Source of the DNA: an uncultured Thermococci archaeon
Lineage (GTDB): Archaea; CAYQAE01; CAYVLA01
Assembly (NCBI GenBank): GCA_964549615.1
Contig: CAZJVP010000021.1
Coordinates: 1 to 14,719 of the forward strand
Reading direction: 5' to 3'
DNA: 14,719 bases
In this document: positions 1 to 7,649 of the stretch, piece after piece
How positions within the stretch are numbered: the stretch's first letter is position 1
Layout: every line of letters begins with the position of its first letter
Position numbers and translations under genes: made by a program
The notes under the pieces: generated by a model
What the model was told of the DNA's origin: nothing
Database searches by the model: none
Seen by the model: only the letters and a program-made list of their open reading frames with translations

Positions 1-1476
1 TCTCTTGGCGTAGAGTTTTCGGTTCCTTCCATAATCCTTCACAAGTTCAAACTCCTCCTCCACGTAGGAGACGAACTGCCCCAACCTTTCAAGCCTCCCG
101 GTCCAAAGGAGAACAACTTGCACGTCGTATTCCTGAACGGATTCGATGGCGGCTGAGGAATCGAGGAGGCCGCTGCTGATTCTCATGTGGGACGTGTCAC
201 ACATATTAGGTGGAACTTTTCTTCTGGAGATGAACGCGAGGCCCTGTTGATCGGTAACCATGAAACCATCCGGATCGCAGAGCCTCTGTATGTCGGGGAC
301 CACCTCGGACAGATACCAGGCGACGTCCTTGTACCCGATGATCTCCATATCCCTCCTGCAGATCGCGGGAATGCGTGCCGCGTAAAACAGGACTAGGCAC
401 AAAGCCACGGCGAGCGGGGCGGCTCGGACTGCGCGCTGCTTCACACAGCCCTCGCGTGAACGGTCCGACAGGAGGCCGGCCAGGCGTCCGATCGCAACCC
501 CGGCAAGGACGGCTAGCGGCGGAAGCAAGATCACGAGATGATGGCCAAATAATGACCTGTAGGCCAGCAGCATCGCAACCATGAAGCACATCAACCCCAC
601 CATCAGTTGGCCTTCAGATCCTTTGAATGCGACGCAAAGGGCGGCTCCTGGAATCGCGAGGACAAGCAGCCCAGCATCGCCCCAGAGGAACTCGGCCATG
701 CTCGCCACCCGTTCGCCGAGGGTCATTGTCCTCGGCTTGCGGGCATGGAAGGCGAGGGTCTGATCGATGGCCTGACCAGTTCCAAAGTAGGGGATGACGA
801 GGGCCGGGAGGGCTAGCCCTATGAGCAGGAAGGGCAAGGCCCTCAACTGCCTCTCCAGAGCCAGACCCAGTACGAGCAAGGGCACGATGCAGGCCGCGAA
901 CAACTTCATCAGGATGGCCAGGGAGAGCACGATTCCACAGACGAACAGCTCCCTGGCACGCCTAGCATGAAGATATCGGAAGCATAACCAGACGGAAAGC
1001 ATGCCCAAGCCTATGCTTGGCACCTCCGCCATGGCAGCCCGGCTGTAGAACAGGAAGTTTGGCGACAAGGAGAGGAAGAGGGCTGATGTCAGCCCCGCCG
1101 CTGGCCCCGATATCCTTCTTGATATTAGATAGCACGAAACGATCGCCAGCATGGAGGCCAGAATCGAGACTAGCCTTGCCGCCGCAAGCGACCTTCCCGC
1201 GAGAAGGAAGGAGCCGGCTATCGAGCTGACAAACAGGGGCGGCTGGGAGCTGAAGATCTCGGAGAAGAGCTTGTAGCCCTCCAGCATCATGGATGCGCTC
1301 GCCATGTAGACGCCCTCGTCGTAGTCGTACAGGAATCGACCGCTAATGTTGTGGGCTCTGATCAGGAGGGCGACGAGGAGGGTTGCGAGTAGCAGCCCAA
1401 CTTCTATTGGTTTTGCGAGCGTCCGCCCACGCTCCGACCGCCTAAAGATGGATATCATGCCGAGCGACCTGCCCAT
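1..1476 (-). CDS. ArnT/PMT-like (GT-C fold, GT39/GT83) membrane glycosyltransferase, 3'-truncated by window edge (at least 492 aa)
   Basis: Manually translated open frame from ATG 1476 (alternative ATG 1458) to base 1 with no stop. Reads MGRSLGMISIF...LLVALLIRAHNISGRFLYDYDEGVYMASASMMLEGYKLFSEIFSSQPPLF...ARLVSIL...LSPNFLFYSRAAMAEVP...LAILMKLF...GHHLVILLPPLA...RKLYAKR. The DE motif after TM1, the xPPL motif and many TM segments are typical of GT-C enzymes. Missing from the ORF track because its stop lies outside the window. Confidence 0.85.
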   Translation of the reverse strand, partial: MGRSLGMISIFRRSERGRTLAKPIEVGLLLATLLVALLIRAHNISGRFLYDYDEGVYMASASMMLEGYKLFSEIFSSQPPLFVSSIAGSFLLAGRSLAAARLVSILASMLAIVSCYLISRRISGPAAGLTSALFLSLSPNFLFYSRAAMAEVPSIGLGMLSVWLCFRYLHARRARELFVCGIVLSLAILMKLFAACIVPLLVLGLALERQLRALPFLLIGLALPALVIPYFGTGQAIDQTLAFHARKPRTMTLGERVASMAEFLWGDAGLLVLAIPGAALCVAFKGSEGQLMVGLMCFMVAMLLAYRSLFGHHLVILLPPLAVLAGVAIGRLAGLLSDRSREGCVKQRAVRAAPLAVALCLVLFYAARIPAICRRDMEIIGYKDVAWYLSEVVPDIQRLCDPDGFMVTDQQGLAFISRRKVPPNMCDTSHMRISSGLLDSSAAIESVQEYDVQVVLLWTGRLERLGQFVSYVEEEFELVKDYGRNRKLYAKR

Positions 1477-1494
1477 CGCGACCGCGGGATTAGG

Positions 1495-1510
1495 TTTTGT
1501 TAACGGTTAC
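1495..1510 (-). promoter_or_regulatory. putative BRE/TATA for the glycosyltransferase (probably leaderless)
   Basis: Minus strand GTAACCGTTAACAAAA, an AT-rich element about 25 nt upstream of ATG 1476 in GC-rich context. Confidence 0.4.
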
Positions 1511-1597
1511 TGTGGGGGTTAGCGTTCGCAGCCAGCTTCTTCTCTCCGGTGTCGATATCAGACCCGCCCCGTCTGTTGCGCCAGCCCCTTATGGCAT

Positions 1598-1633
1598 TAT
1601 CTCCTTGCCTAATCTTGTCTCCTTGTCGAATCT
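1598..1633. repeat. imperfect 18-bp tandem duplication
   Basis: TATCTCCTTGCCTAATCT (1598-1615) and TGTCTCCTTGTCGAATCT (1616-1633), 15/18 identical. Confidence 0.6.
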
Positions 1634-1867
1634 TTGGCAAAGGTCGAGGGTGCCGAAACGTCCAGACGAACCGAAGGGAGGTCGCGGAGAAAGGCCGCCG
1701 CACCCGGGATTGAGAGGCCTGCGGTAAGCCTCCGGCGTAGTGAGTCGGCCTGGGCAAGAAACTGCGAGGAGGGCAGATGCCGGACGGCGCGCCTCCTTTC
1801 TCATCTCGACGAGTGATCCATTACCGTATGCCCGAGAGCAAGGCAGGCACCGCATGAGGCTCTGCAA

Positions 1868-2854
1868 CTACAGCAGCTTTGTCCTGAGTTCCTCGGGAGG
1901 TCTTGGGGATAAGTATGCCGCGGGGATATCGAAAACGGTCCTCGCGCCGATCTGGCCCTCCCTGTTCAGCCTGTATGCGGCCCTGGCATATGCCACCAGA
2001 ACATTCCCGGTGAACTCCGGGTTGCTGTCAAGTTTCAGCGCGAACTCCATCACATGTCTGTGATTTGCCCCGGTTGTCCCGGTTCTCAGGACGAACCCCC
2101 CATGGGGCATGCCTGAGTGCTTCGCTTTCAGCTCCTCTTGGGTGATGAATGTCACGCTCGTGTCGTAGTCCGCGAAGTAGTTGGGCATCGTCTGTATCTC
2201 GTGTCTTATTCTATCTAGATCCGCGCCGGTCTCGGCAACCACGTAGCATTCCCGTCGATGTCTTTCCCGGGGCGTCAGATCAGGGTTCTCGCCTGCCCGA
2301 ACTCTCTTGACCGCGGCTTCTATGGGGATGGTGTATTGCACTGCGTCCCTAACGCCCTCAATCCCACGTATGGCATTGGAATGTCCCTGGCTGACGCCCG
2401 GGCCCCAGAAGGTGTAATCCTTGCCGTTGGGCAACGACACCTCTCCGATCAGCCTGAGCAGCGAGAACAAGCCCGGATCCCAACCTACCGAAATCACGCT
2501 GGTTTTGCCGGCCCCCCTGGCTGCCTTGTCAACGGACCGGAAGTACTCCGAAATCTTGGCGTGGGTGTCGAAGCTGTCCACGGTGTTGAACATTGATGCG
2601 AACTTCGGACCCTGCTCCGGCAGGTCGGTGGCCGAGCCGCCGCAGAGGATGGCAACGTCCAGGTCATTGACGTGGTCCGCAATCCGGGATATGTGAAAAA
2701 CCCTAGAGGTTGGAAGCTGCGTCGCAAGTCTGGTGGAGGCCCTCCTCGTGAAGATGCCCCCCAGCGCCATGTCGGGATTCTGTTCCAGCGCAAGCTCAAC
2801 GCCCTTACCCACGTTGCCATAACCGATGATGCCGAGTCGTATCCGCTCGCCCAT
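1868..2854 (-). CDS. ddh: meso-diaminopimelate D-dehydrogenase (NADP-dependent, type A-like)
   Basis: 328 aa with Rossmann GYGNVG, FTRR, LCGGSATDLP, DSFDTHA, GWDPGLFS, YTFWGPGVSQGHS, AVQYT, MPNYF, GMPHGG and SNPEFT motifs, all diagnostic of Ddh. GGTGG RBS-like sequence upstream. Confidence 0.96.
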   Translation of the reverse strand: MGERIRLGIIGYGNVGKGVELALEQNPDMALGGIFTRRASTRLATQLPTSRVFHISRIADHVNDLDVAILCGGSATDLPEQGPKFASMFNTVDSFDTHAKISEYFRSVDKAARGAGKTSVISVGWDPGLFSLLRLIGEVSLPNGKDYTFWGPGVSQGHSNAIRGIEGVRDAVQYTIPIEAAVKRVRAGENPDLTPRERHRRECYVVAETGADLDRIRHEIQTMPNYFADYDTSVTFITQEELKAKHSGMPHGGFVLRTGTTGANHRHVMEFALKLDSNPEFTGNVLVAYARAAYRLNREGQIGARTVFDIPAAYLSPRPPEELRTKLL

Positions 2855-2949
2855 CGTGAACCACCATCCTCATCCTTGGCATCTTCGTGGCATCGCAGCC
2901 CCGATCCCAGTCCGAGCCAGGGATTTAGTCAGACTAGGGTACCCGGTCG

Positions 2950-2962
2950 GAAAAAGTTTTTC
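2950..2962. promoter_or_regulatory. AT-rich palindrome in divergent intergenic region (candidate promoter/operator)
   Basis: GAAAAA-G-TTTTTC between the divergent starts at 2854 (-) and 3002 (+). Confidence 0.35.
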
Positions 2963-3001
2963 TCCGGAGATCAGCCGGCCTCGCTTAGCCTGGCCGGATC
3001 C

Positions 3002-4228
3002 ATGAACGCTGAGGGAGTTGGTGGCACCGGTCGAACCGGTCGGTCGCCTGATTGGGCGGTCGCGTTCGTTATCTCCTTGCAACTGGCCCCACTGGTGCTG
3101 GGCGGGGTCGACGGCAGGAGGATTTCCTGTCTTGTGATCGGCGATTCCGTACAGGCTCCGTACAACCCATTTACCGCCCTCTTCGTGCAGGACCCGCTCT
3201 TCCGTTACGCCCTCTATCCACTTCCCCATCTTGGGGATGCTGAGAAAAGGAAGCTGGATCGGGTTTACTACCCGCGGACGTTCGAATCTCTTGTGGATAG
3301 CTACGACGTGATGATCTTCAGGGACGCCATGGTCAGCCATTTCAGTCCCGCCCAGTTCAGGGACTTGGAACGCGCGTTTCGAGAGGCCGGCATGGTGTCG
3401 GTCACTGTCCACAGCCTGTCCTGGAACGACGTCTGGGTGCCGACCGTACTCTACGACCTCTCCCCGATATCGGCGTATGATTTTCGCTTCTCTTTAACCT
3501 GGAGGGTGAGGTTCCGCAAGGACAGGGATCCGGTTTTCCTGCCCTTCGTCGAGCTTGGAATGGAGAAGGTCTCGGGCTGGGAGTACGGGGTGCCCGAGGC
3601 CAAGGAGGGGGCAACGATCTGGGCCGAAATGGTCCCGCCGGGATGTCCATGGCTGGTTTCCTGGAGGCCAGGCGGGAACAAGGCCGGCCTACAGTGGGTG
3701 TTTGCGGACAAATTCGATGTGACCTGGTGGGGGACGGCTCCAGGGGCCAGGGAAACCAACCCCTACGCGATCGATCTTGCGACAAACCTCCTTCTCTACT
3801 CCCTTGACAGGGCTCTGATCAGCGACATCCATGCCCGGAGGGAGGCGCGGCGGCTGCTGTCCACATTCCAGTCTAGGAAGATCCTCATCCTGTCGGTGCT
3901 CGACTGGGCCGAGAAGTTCGGGGCAAGCATCCTCGACCTTACCGATCGCCTCGCGGAACTCGAGCGTGAAGCTGGAACGGCTGTGGAGGACTACCTGGAT
4001 CAGGACTACGCCTCGACGATCCAGTTCATGGAGTCGATGTTGTCCGAGGCTGCCGAGATGACAGCCGCGGCACTGCAGAGGAAGGATCGGGCCCTGTACT
4101 GGGTGTACACCTCCGAATGGCTGTCGGTCACCTCGGCGAGCGTCTTGGGGGGAGCGATGGTCTGGAGCCTCATGGTCCGTAGGCGGAAGTACAGGGAGAC
4201 GGGGAGAACGAGGCTCCGGACCTGCTAG
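3002..4228 (+). CDS. membrane-anchored protein of unknown function (about 408 aa), possible class I glutamine-amidotransferase-like extracellular domain
   Basis: Part of the 2672-4228 ORF; start moved to ATG 3002 to avoid overlap with ddh. N-terminal hydrophobic segment WAVAFVISLQLAPLVLGG, alpha/beta region (ISCLVIGD...YYPRTFESLVDSYDVMIFRDA...ATIWAEM...PWLVSW), helical stalk, C-terminal TM (WVYTSEWLSVTSASVLGGAMVWSLMV) followed by RRRK. Fold assignment is tentative. Confidence 0.75.
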   Translation: MNAEGVGGTGRTGRSPDWAVAFVISLQLAPLVLGGVDGRRISCLVIGDSVQAPYNPFTALFVQDPLFRYALYPLPHLGDAEKRKLDRVYYPRTFESLVDSYDVMIFRDAMVSHFSPAQFRDLERAFREAGMVSVTVHSLSWNDVWVPTVLYDLSPISAYDFRFSLTWRVRFRKDRDPVFLPFVELGMEKVSGWEYGVPEAKEGATIWAEMVPPGCPWLVSWRPGGNKAGLQWVFADKFDVTWWGTAPGARETNPYAIDLATNLLLYSLDRALISDIHARREARRLLSTFQSRKILILSVLDWAEKFGASILDLTDRLAELEREAGTAVEDYLDQDYASTIQFMESMLSEAAEMTAAALQRKDRALYWVYTSEWLSVTSASVLGGAMVWSLMVRRRKYRETGRTRLRTC

Positions 4229-4473
4229 CTCTTTCTCAGGGCAAATTCTTCGGTTCGGTCTGTGACGTTCTCAGCTTCGACCTTCGCACTAGACCGGGGT
4301 TCTGTTCGCTTCGGCCTTTCTGAGACCCAGATCATTCCCACACCTATACGCCGAAATGAGAAGATGTCGTTTAGGTCGCTCGGTGTTCCCGGTTTCCTCC
4401 TTCCCGCATCGTGGAGCGAACCAGGGGAAACCCATCTCCTGTAGGTGCTCGCAGGCCATCGTGGGCCTGATCG

Positions 4474-4872
4474 CTACTCCCAGATGCGTGACACCGTCTC
4501 AACTCGGTCGAAGTCCTTGTCGTTGGAGTAGATTTCGCTGACGCCGCTCCTCTGCATGATCTGAACCGAAAGAGCATCGACGTAGTCGATCTTGTGGCTT
4601 TCCATGCGGTCCAAGGCGGAGATCATATCGCTCCATGAGGCGCTTTCCTTTCTCAGGCTCGGATAGGAATTCACCGCCGTCAGGAAGGTCTTGACTTGGT
4701 CCCTTCGGTCGTTGTACTCCAGCCAATCGACAACCTCTTGGAGGACTGCGGTGCTGGTGATGGCTTCCTCGCCGTCTAGAATCCTCTGCATGATCTTACG
4801 CGATACTTCAAAGGACGCCCTCGGACGACCGGTTAGTAAAAAGATGAAGACGTTGGCGTCAACGAACCTCAT
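4474..4872 (-). CDS. vapC: VapC-family PIN-domain toxin
   Basis: 132 aa with FVDANVFI, TSTAVLQEV, DYVDAL and IYSNDKDFD, giving the four acidic PIN catalytic residues. ATGA overlap with the antitoxin. Confidence 0.93.
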   Translation of the reverse strand: MRFVDANVFIFLLTGRPRASFEVSRKIMQRILDGEEAITSTAVLQEVVDWLEYNDRRDQVKTFLTAVNSYPSLRKESASWSDMISALDRMESHKIDYVDALSVQIMQRSGVSEIYSNDKDFDRVETVSRIWE

Positions 4873-5138
4873 CTGGCGACCCTCGAGGTCTTCTTCTCGA
4901 TCCTCATTGCGGCAGCCTTCCTTGCCTCGTTCTTCGGCTCGCCCCTGCCCCCGATTTCTCTCACGAGTCCGCTCAGCATTTCGATCGGGTTCGCCACAGT
5001 CTTCTCGGGGGACAGCACCAGTTGGCCCGCTCTCACTGCGAGCGTGAGCGTATCGCCCTCTTTGATGGCCAGCCGTTCCCTAATCTCAAGGGGGATTGTG
5101 ATCTTGCCTTTTTGAAGCACCTTCACCTGGGTACTCAT
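4869..5138 (-). CDS. vapB: AbrB/MazE/SpoVT-family antitoxin
   Basis: 89 aa with VKVLQKGKITIPLEIRERLAIKEGDTL swapped-hairpin signature, directly upstream of the PIN toxin. Confidence 0.92.
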   Translation of the reverse strand: MSTQVKVLQKGKITIPLEIRERLAIKEGDTLTLAVRAGQLVLSPEKTVANPIEMLSGLVREIGGRGEPKNEARKAAAMRIEKKTSRVAR

Positions 5139-5140
5139 TC

Positions 5141-5188
5141 GGGTTACCCAAATTGGATATCCAAAAAGATAACCCTTAAATGTTACCC
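5141..5188 (-). promoter_or_regulatory. vapBC promoter with palindromic operator sites
   Basis: TATA-like TTTAAG on the minus strand at 5180-5175; perfect palindrome TTGGATATCCAA at 5153-5164; GGGTTACCC at 5141-5149; GTTACCC repeated at 5182-5188. Confidence 0.6.
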
Positions 5189-5367
5189 CGCCTCAGCCCG
5201 AACGACGCGTTGAGGTCTCTGCCCCGGTCTCCGGGCAGCGGCCCTCCAACCTCTTCTTTATTCGGCACCATCACGTTGTGGAGAGTCTCTTCTCGCTAGG
5301 CTGTGGCGTGCGGCCTCCTCGAGCTTTCTACCCTGACACTGATACGGAGCGATTATGCAACCAGCGG

Positions 5368-5469
5368 GTCCAGGTTAAGTCCAAATCCTCGTTCAAATCC
5401 GAGTTCAAGTCGAAACCGAAGTACAGAGCGTGGTCGAGACCCAAGGTCAAGCGCCAGACTAGCATCTAG
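5368..5469. repeat. degenerate hexamer-periodic tract
   Basis: gtccag gttaag tccaaa tcctcg ttcaaa tccgag ttcaag tcgaaa ccgaag tacaga ... cccaag gtcaag cgccag; loose consensus TYCAAR. Confidence 0.5.
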
Positions 5470-5660
5470 GTCTCCGCATCCCATCGGAGGCCTTAGGCTA
5501 GCTAGAAAGGATGTATGAGAGGCTTCCAAGCCTTCTTGCCATATTGGAGCAGAGAGGCCTGGACCCATCCCAGACATTATCCGAAGCCCTAACCCAGAGC
5601 TGGAACGAGACCTGCTCACACGACCAGACCAACCAAGGCGCGAGCCAAAACGCACCGCCG

Positions 5661-5674
5661 GAATCAAATTTAAG
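5661..5674 (+). promoter_or_regulatory. putative BRE/TATA of ppcA
   Basis: GAATCAAATTTAAG with TTTAAG at 5669-5674, about 25-35 nt upstream of TTG 5698 / ATG 5707. Confidence 0.5.
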
Positions 5675-5706
5675 CAGAGAGTGGCCCACGAGCAAGATTG
5701 TTCGAA

Positions 5707-7278
5707 ATGGAGCGAAAGATACCTCACACGATGTCGACCCAACACCCGGACAACGCTCGTTCTCCGTCTTGGTGCGCAAACAGCGTAGTGTCAGGCGAAG
5801 ACGAGGTCACGGAGGCATGCTTTGCATACAGCGAGATGGGTTGCGAAGAGGTGATGTGGGACTCGGAAGGAAAAGACGTTGACACTCGCGTCATCCGAAA
5901 GATGTTAAGCAAGTCCCCCGATTACTTCGAGGAGAACGTCATCGGTAGGGATATCTTTCTCACGTACAGACTCCCTAACCCTAGGACCGAAGTCTCGGAA
6001 AGAAAAGTGGTCTTGGAGACTCTCTTCAACATACCGGTCGCCGCTGACGTTGCATCAAGTTTCTACGGAAGGGAGGTTGAACCGATCTTCGAGGTGATCC
6101 TTCCGTTTACAACATGCGCAGAGGACCTCACACGACTGCACGACTGCTACGTCAAGGGCGTTTCCGGGTTCGCAGATATCCCGTTGAACGGGTCATCAAC
6201 CATCGCCGACTGGGTTGGCTCCATAAGACCACGTGACATTCAAGTGATCCCTCTCGTCGAGGATATGGACAGCCTTCTGAAGATCGACAGGATAGTCGCG
6301 CCGTATCTGGATGCCGTCAGGCCTCCGTATCTGCGGGTTTTCTTGGCTAGGTCGGATCCGGCCCTCAACTACGGGATGTTTGGCGCGGTCATACTCTCGA
6401 AGATTTCGATATCTAAGCTTTCGACCCTTGCTGAGGAACGTCGGATTGAGATGCATCCGATCATCGGGGCGGGTTCGATGCCCTTCAGGGGTCATCTCTC
6501 ACCTGAGAACGTCTCGCGCTTCCTTGAAGAATATCCAGGCATTAGCACAGTCACCATCCAATCAGCATTCAAGTACGATTACGACCTCACCCAGGTACGA
6601 AGGGCGATTCGCACTCTTAACCGAAGGCTTCCGACCGAAGATCCCCAAACGCTATCCCGCGACGAGGAGACAGCCTTGGAATCGGTCGTGAAGAAGCTCA
6701 TGGCCGGCTACCAGAGTACCGTGGAAAAGCTGGCCCCCCTGATAAACAGCGTAGCTCGGTACGTGCCTCCCCGCAGGGCAAGGAAGCTTCACATAGGTCT
6801 ATTTGGATATAGCAGGACCGTCAGGGGCATAGCCCTGCCAAGAGCAATCCCCTTTGCCGCGGCACTTTACTCGATCGGATTGCCCCCCGAGTTCATCGGT
6901 GCACGGGTGCTTTCCGATCTCAGCGAGGATGAGTGGGAGCTCCTTAAGAAATGCTACGCGAACATGAAGCATGACCTGACTCACGTCTCCCAGTACCTCT
7001 CTTGGAGAAACCTGCAGATGATCGGAGACATGCACTCGGAGGTCGCCAGGAGGGCTTGTATGAGCGATCAAGATCTGGAATGCGCACTTGGGCAGCTCTC
7101 AGTCGACTTGGGCGTCGTTGAGAAGAACTTGGGTGTCAAGCTTGGACCAAGGAATCTTGCCCAAAGGAAGTACGAGAACATCCTCTGCAACTTCCTCATC
7201 GCCTACATCGAGAGAGAGGATCAGGAAGCCGAAGCCAATCTGGTCCGTGCAGCCGTTCTCAGGAAATGCCTAGGCTAG
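5707..7278 (+). CDS. ppcA: archaeal-type phosphoenolpyruvate carboxylase
   Basis: IPHTMSTQHPDNA (catalytic His), EVMWDSEGKDVD, EVILPFT, VIPLVED, RVFLARSDPALNYG, GAGSMPFRG, TIQSAFKYD, RKLHIGLFGYSR, LPRAIPF and C-terminal R..LG motifs. Start is ATG 5707 or in-frame TTG 5698. Confidence 0.96.
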   Translation: MERKIPHTMSTQHPDNARSPSWCANSVVSGEDEVTEACFAYSEMGCEEVMWDSEGKDVDTRVIRKMLSKSPDYFEENVIGRDIFLTYRLPNPRTEVSERKVVLETLFNIPVAADVASSFYGREVEPIFEVILPFTTCAEDLTRLHDCYVKGVSGFADIPLNGSSTIADWVGSIRPRDIQVIPLVEDMDSLLKIDRIVAPYLDAVRPPYLRVFLARSDPALNYGMFGAVILSKISISKLSTLAEERRIEMHPIIGAGSMPFRGHLSPENVSRFLEEYPGISTVTIQSAFKYDYDLTQVRRAIRTLNRRLPTEDPQTLSRDEETALESVVKKLMAGYQSTVEKLAPLINSVARYVPPRRARKLHIGLFGYSRTVRGIALPRAIPFAAALYSIGLPPEFIGARVLSDLSEDEWELLKKCYANMKHDLTHVSQYLSWRNLQMIGDMHSEVARRACMSDQDLECALGQLSVDLGVVEKNLGVKLGPRNLAQRKYENILCNFLIAYIEREDQEAEANLVRAAVLRKCLG

Positions 7279-7649
7279 ATCCGCCAGCGAGCCTTCACAT
7301 TACGGAAACGACGGGAACGGTTGGTCTGCGAAGGCATCCCCATCGGAGATACGCTGCAGTTGCCGATTGGGCGTCTGCCATGTATCGAGGGGGCACTTGA
7401 GTTCCTTGTGGGACTCGGCAGTCTTTTCGGTCGATTGCGGGTACAAGGCTCCTAGGTTGTTGGTGTTGTGAGCCATGTCGAAGTGCGCTGTAGGGATTCC
7501 GCAGGCCGGGTCAGCGAGGGGCCCTGGATCATGCACGGGGACATTTTGGGACTCGCAGGATCCCGGTGATCTGCCAGTTCGAAGAATTCCGCGGGGACGA
7601 GTCACAGCTCAGTTGGCACCCATTATGGAATCCCTCGCGGAATGCTGGT

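Noticed and set aside
187-1229. Short ORFs on both strands (187-396, 206-589, 375-584, 581-763, 607-816, 1017-1229)
   Set aside because: All overlap the long minus-strand glycosyltransferase frame and have no recognisable motifs.
1497-1867. Intergenic ORFs, including 1589-1867 (-) with a TTG right after the ddh stop and a CLPC motif
   Set aside because: Arg/Pro/Gly-rich composition typical of GC-rich non-coding frames, only one CxxC, and several mutually overlapping candidates with no family signal.
2672-3001. N-terminal 110 aa of the 518-aa ORF
   Set aside because: Overlaps ddh on the opposite strand and spans the divergent promoter region; ATG 3002 is the more plausible start.
4452-4469. 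Hairpin CAGGCC-N6-GGCCTG after vapC as a terminator
   Set aside because: Only a 6-bp stem with no T tract, and archaeal terminators are usually oligo-T.
4229-5277. vapBC as part of a mobile element or island
   Set aside because: No transposase, integrase, tRNA target, terminal inverted repeats or target-site duplications are visible.
5353-5882. ORFs 5353-5745 (-), 5498-5779 (-) and 5511-5882 (+)
   Set aside because: They overlap the ppcA start and promoter, and stay open largely because of low-complexity periodic sequence.
7300-7605. 101-aa minus-strand ORF as a ninth mrp gene
   Set aside because: No overlap or RBS coupling like the other operon genes, no TM segment and no recognisable motif.
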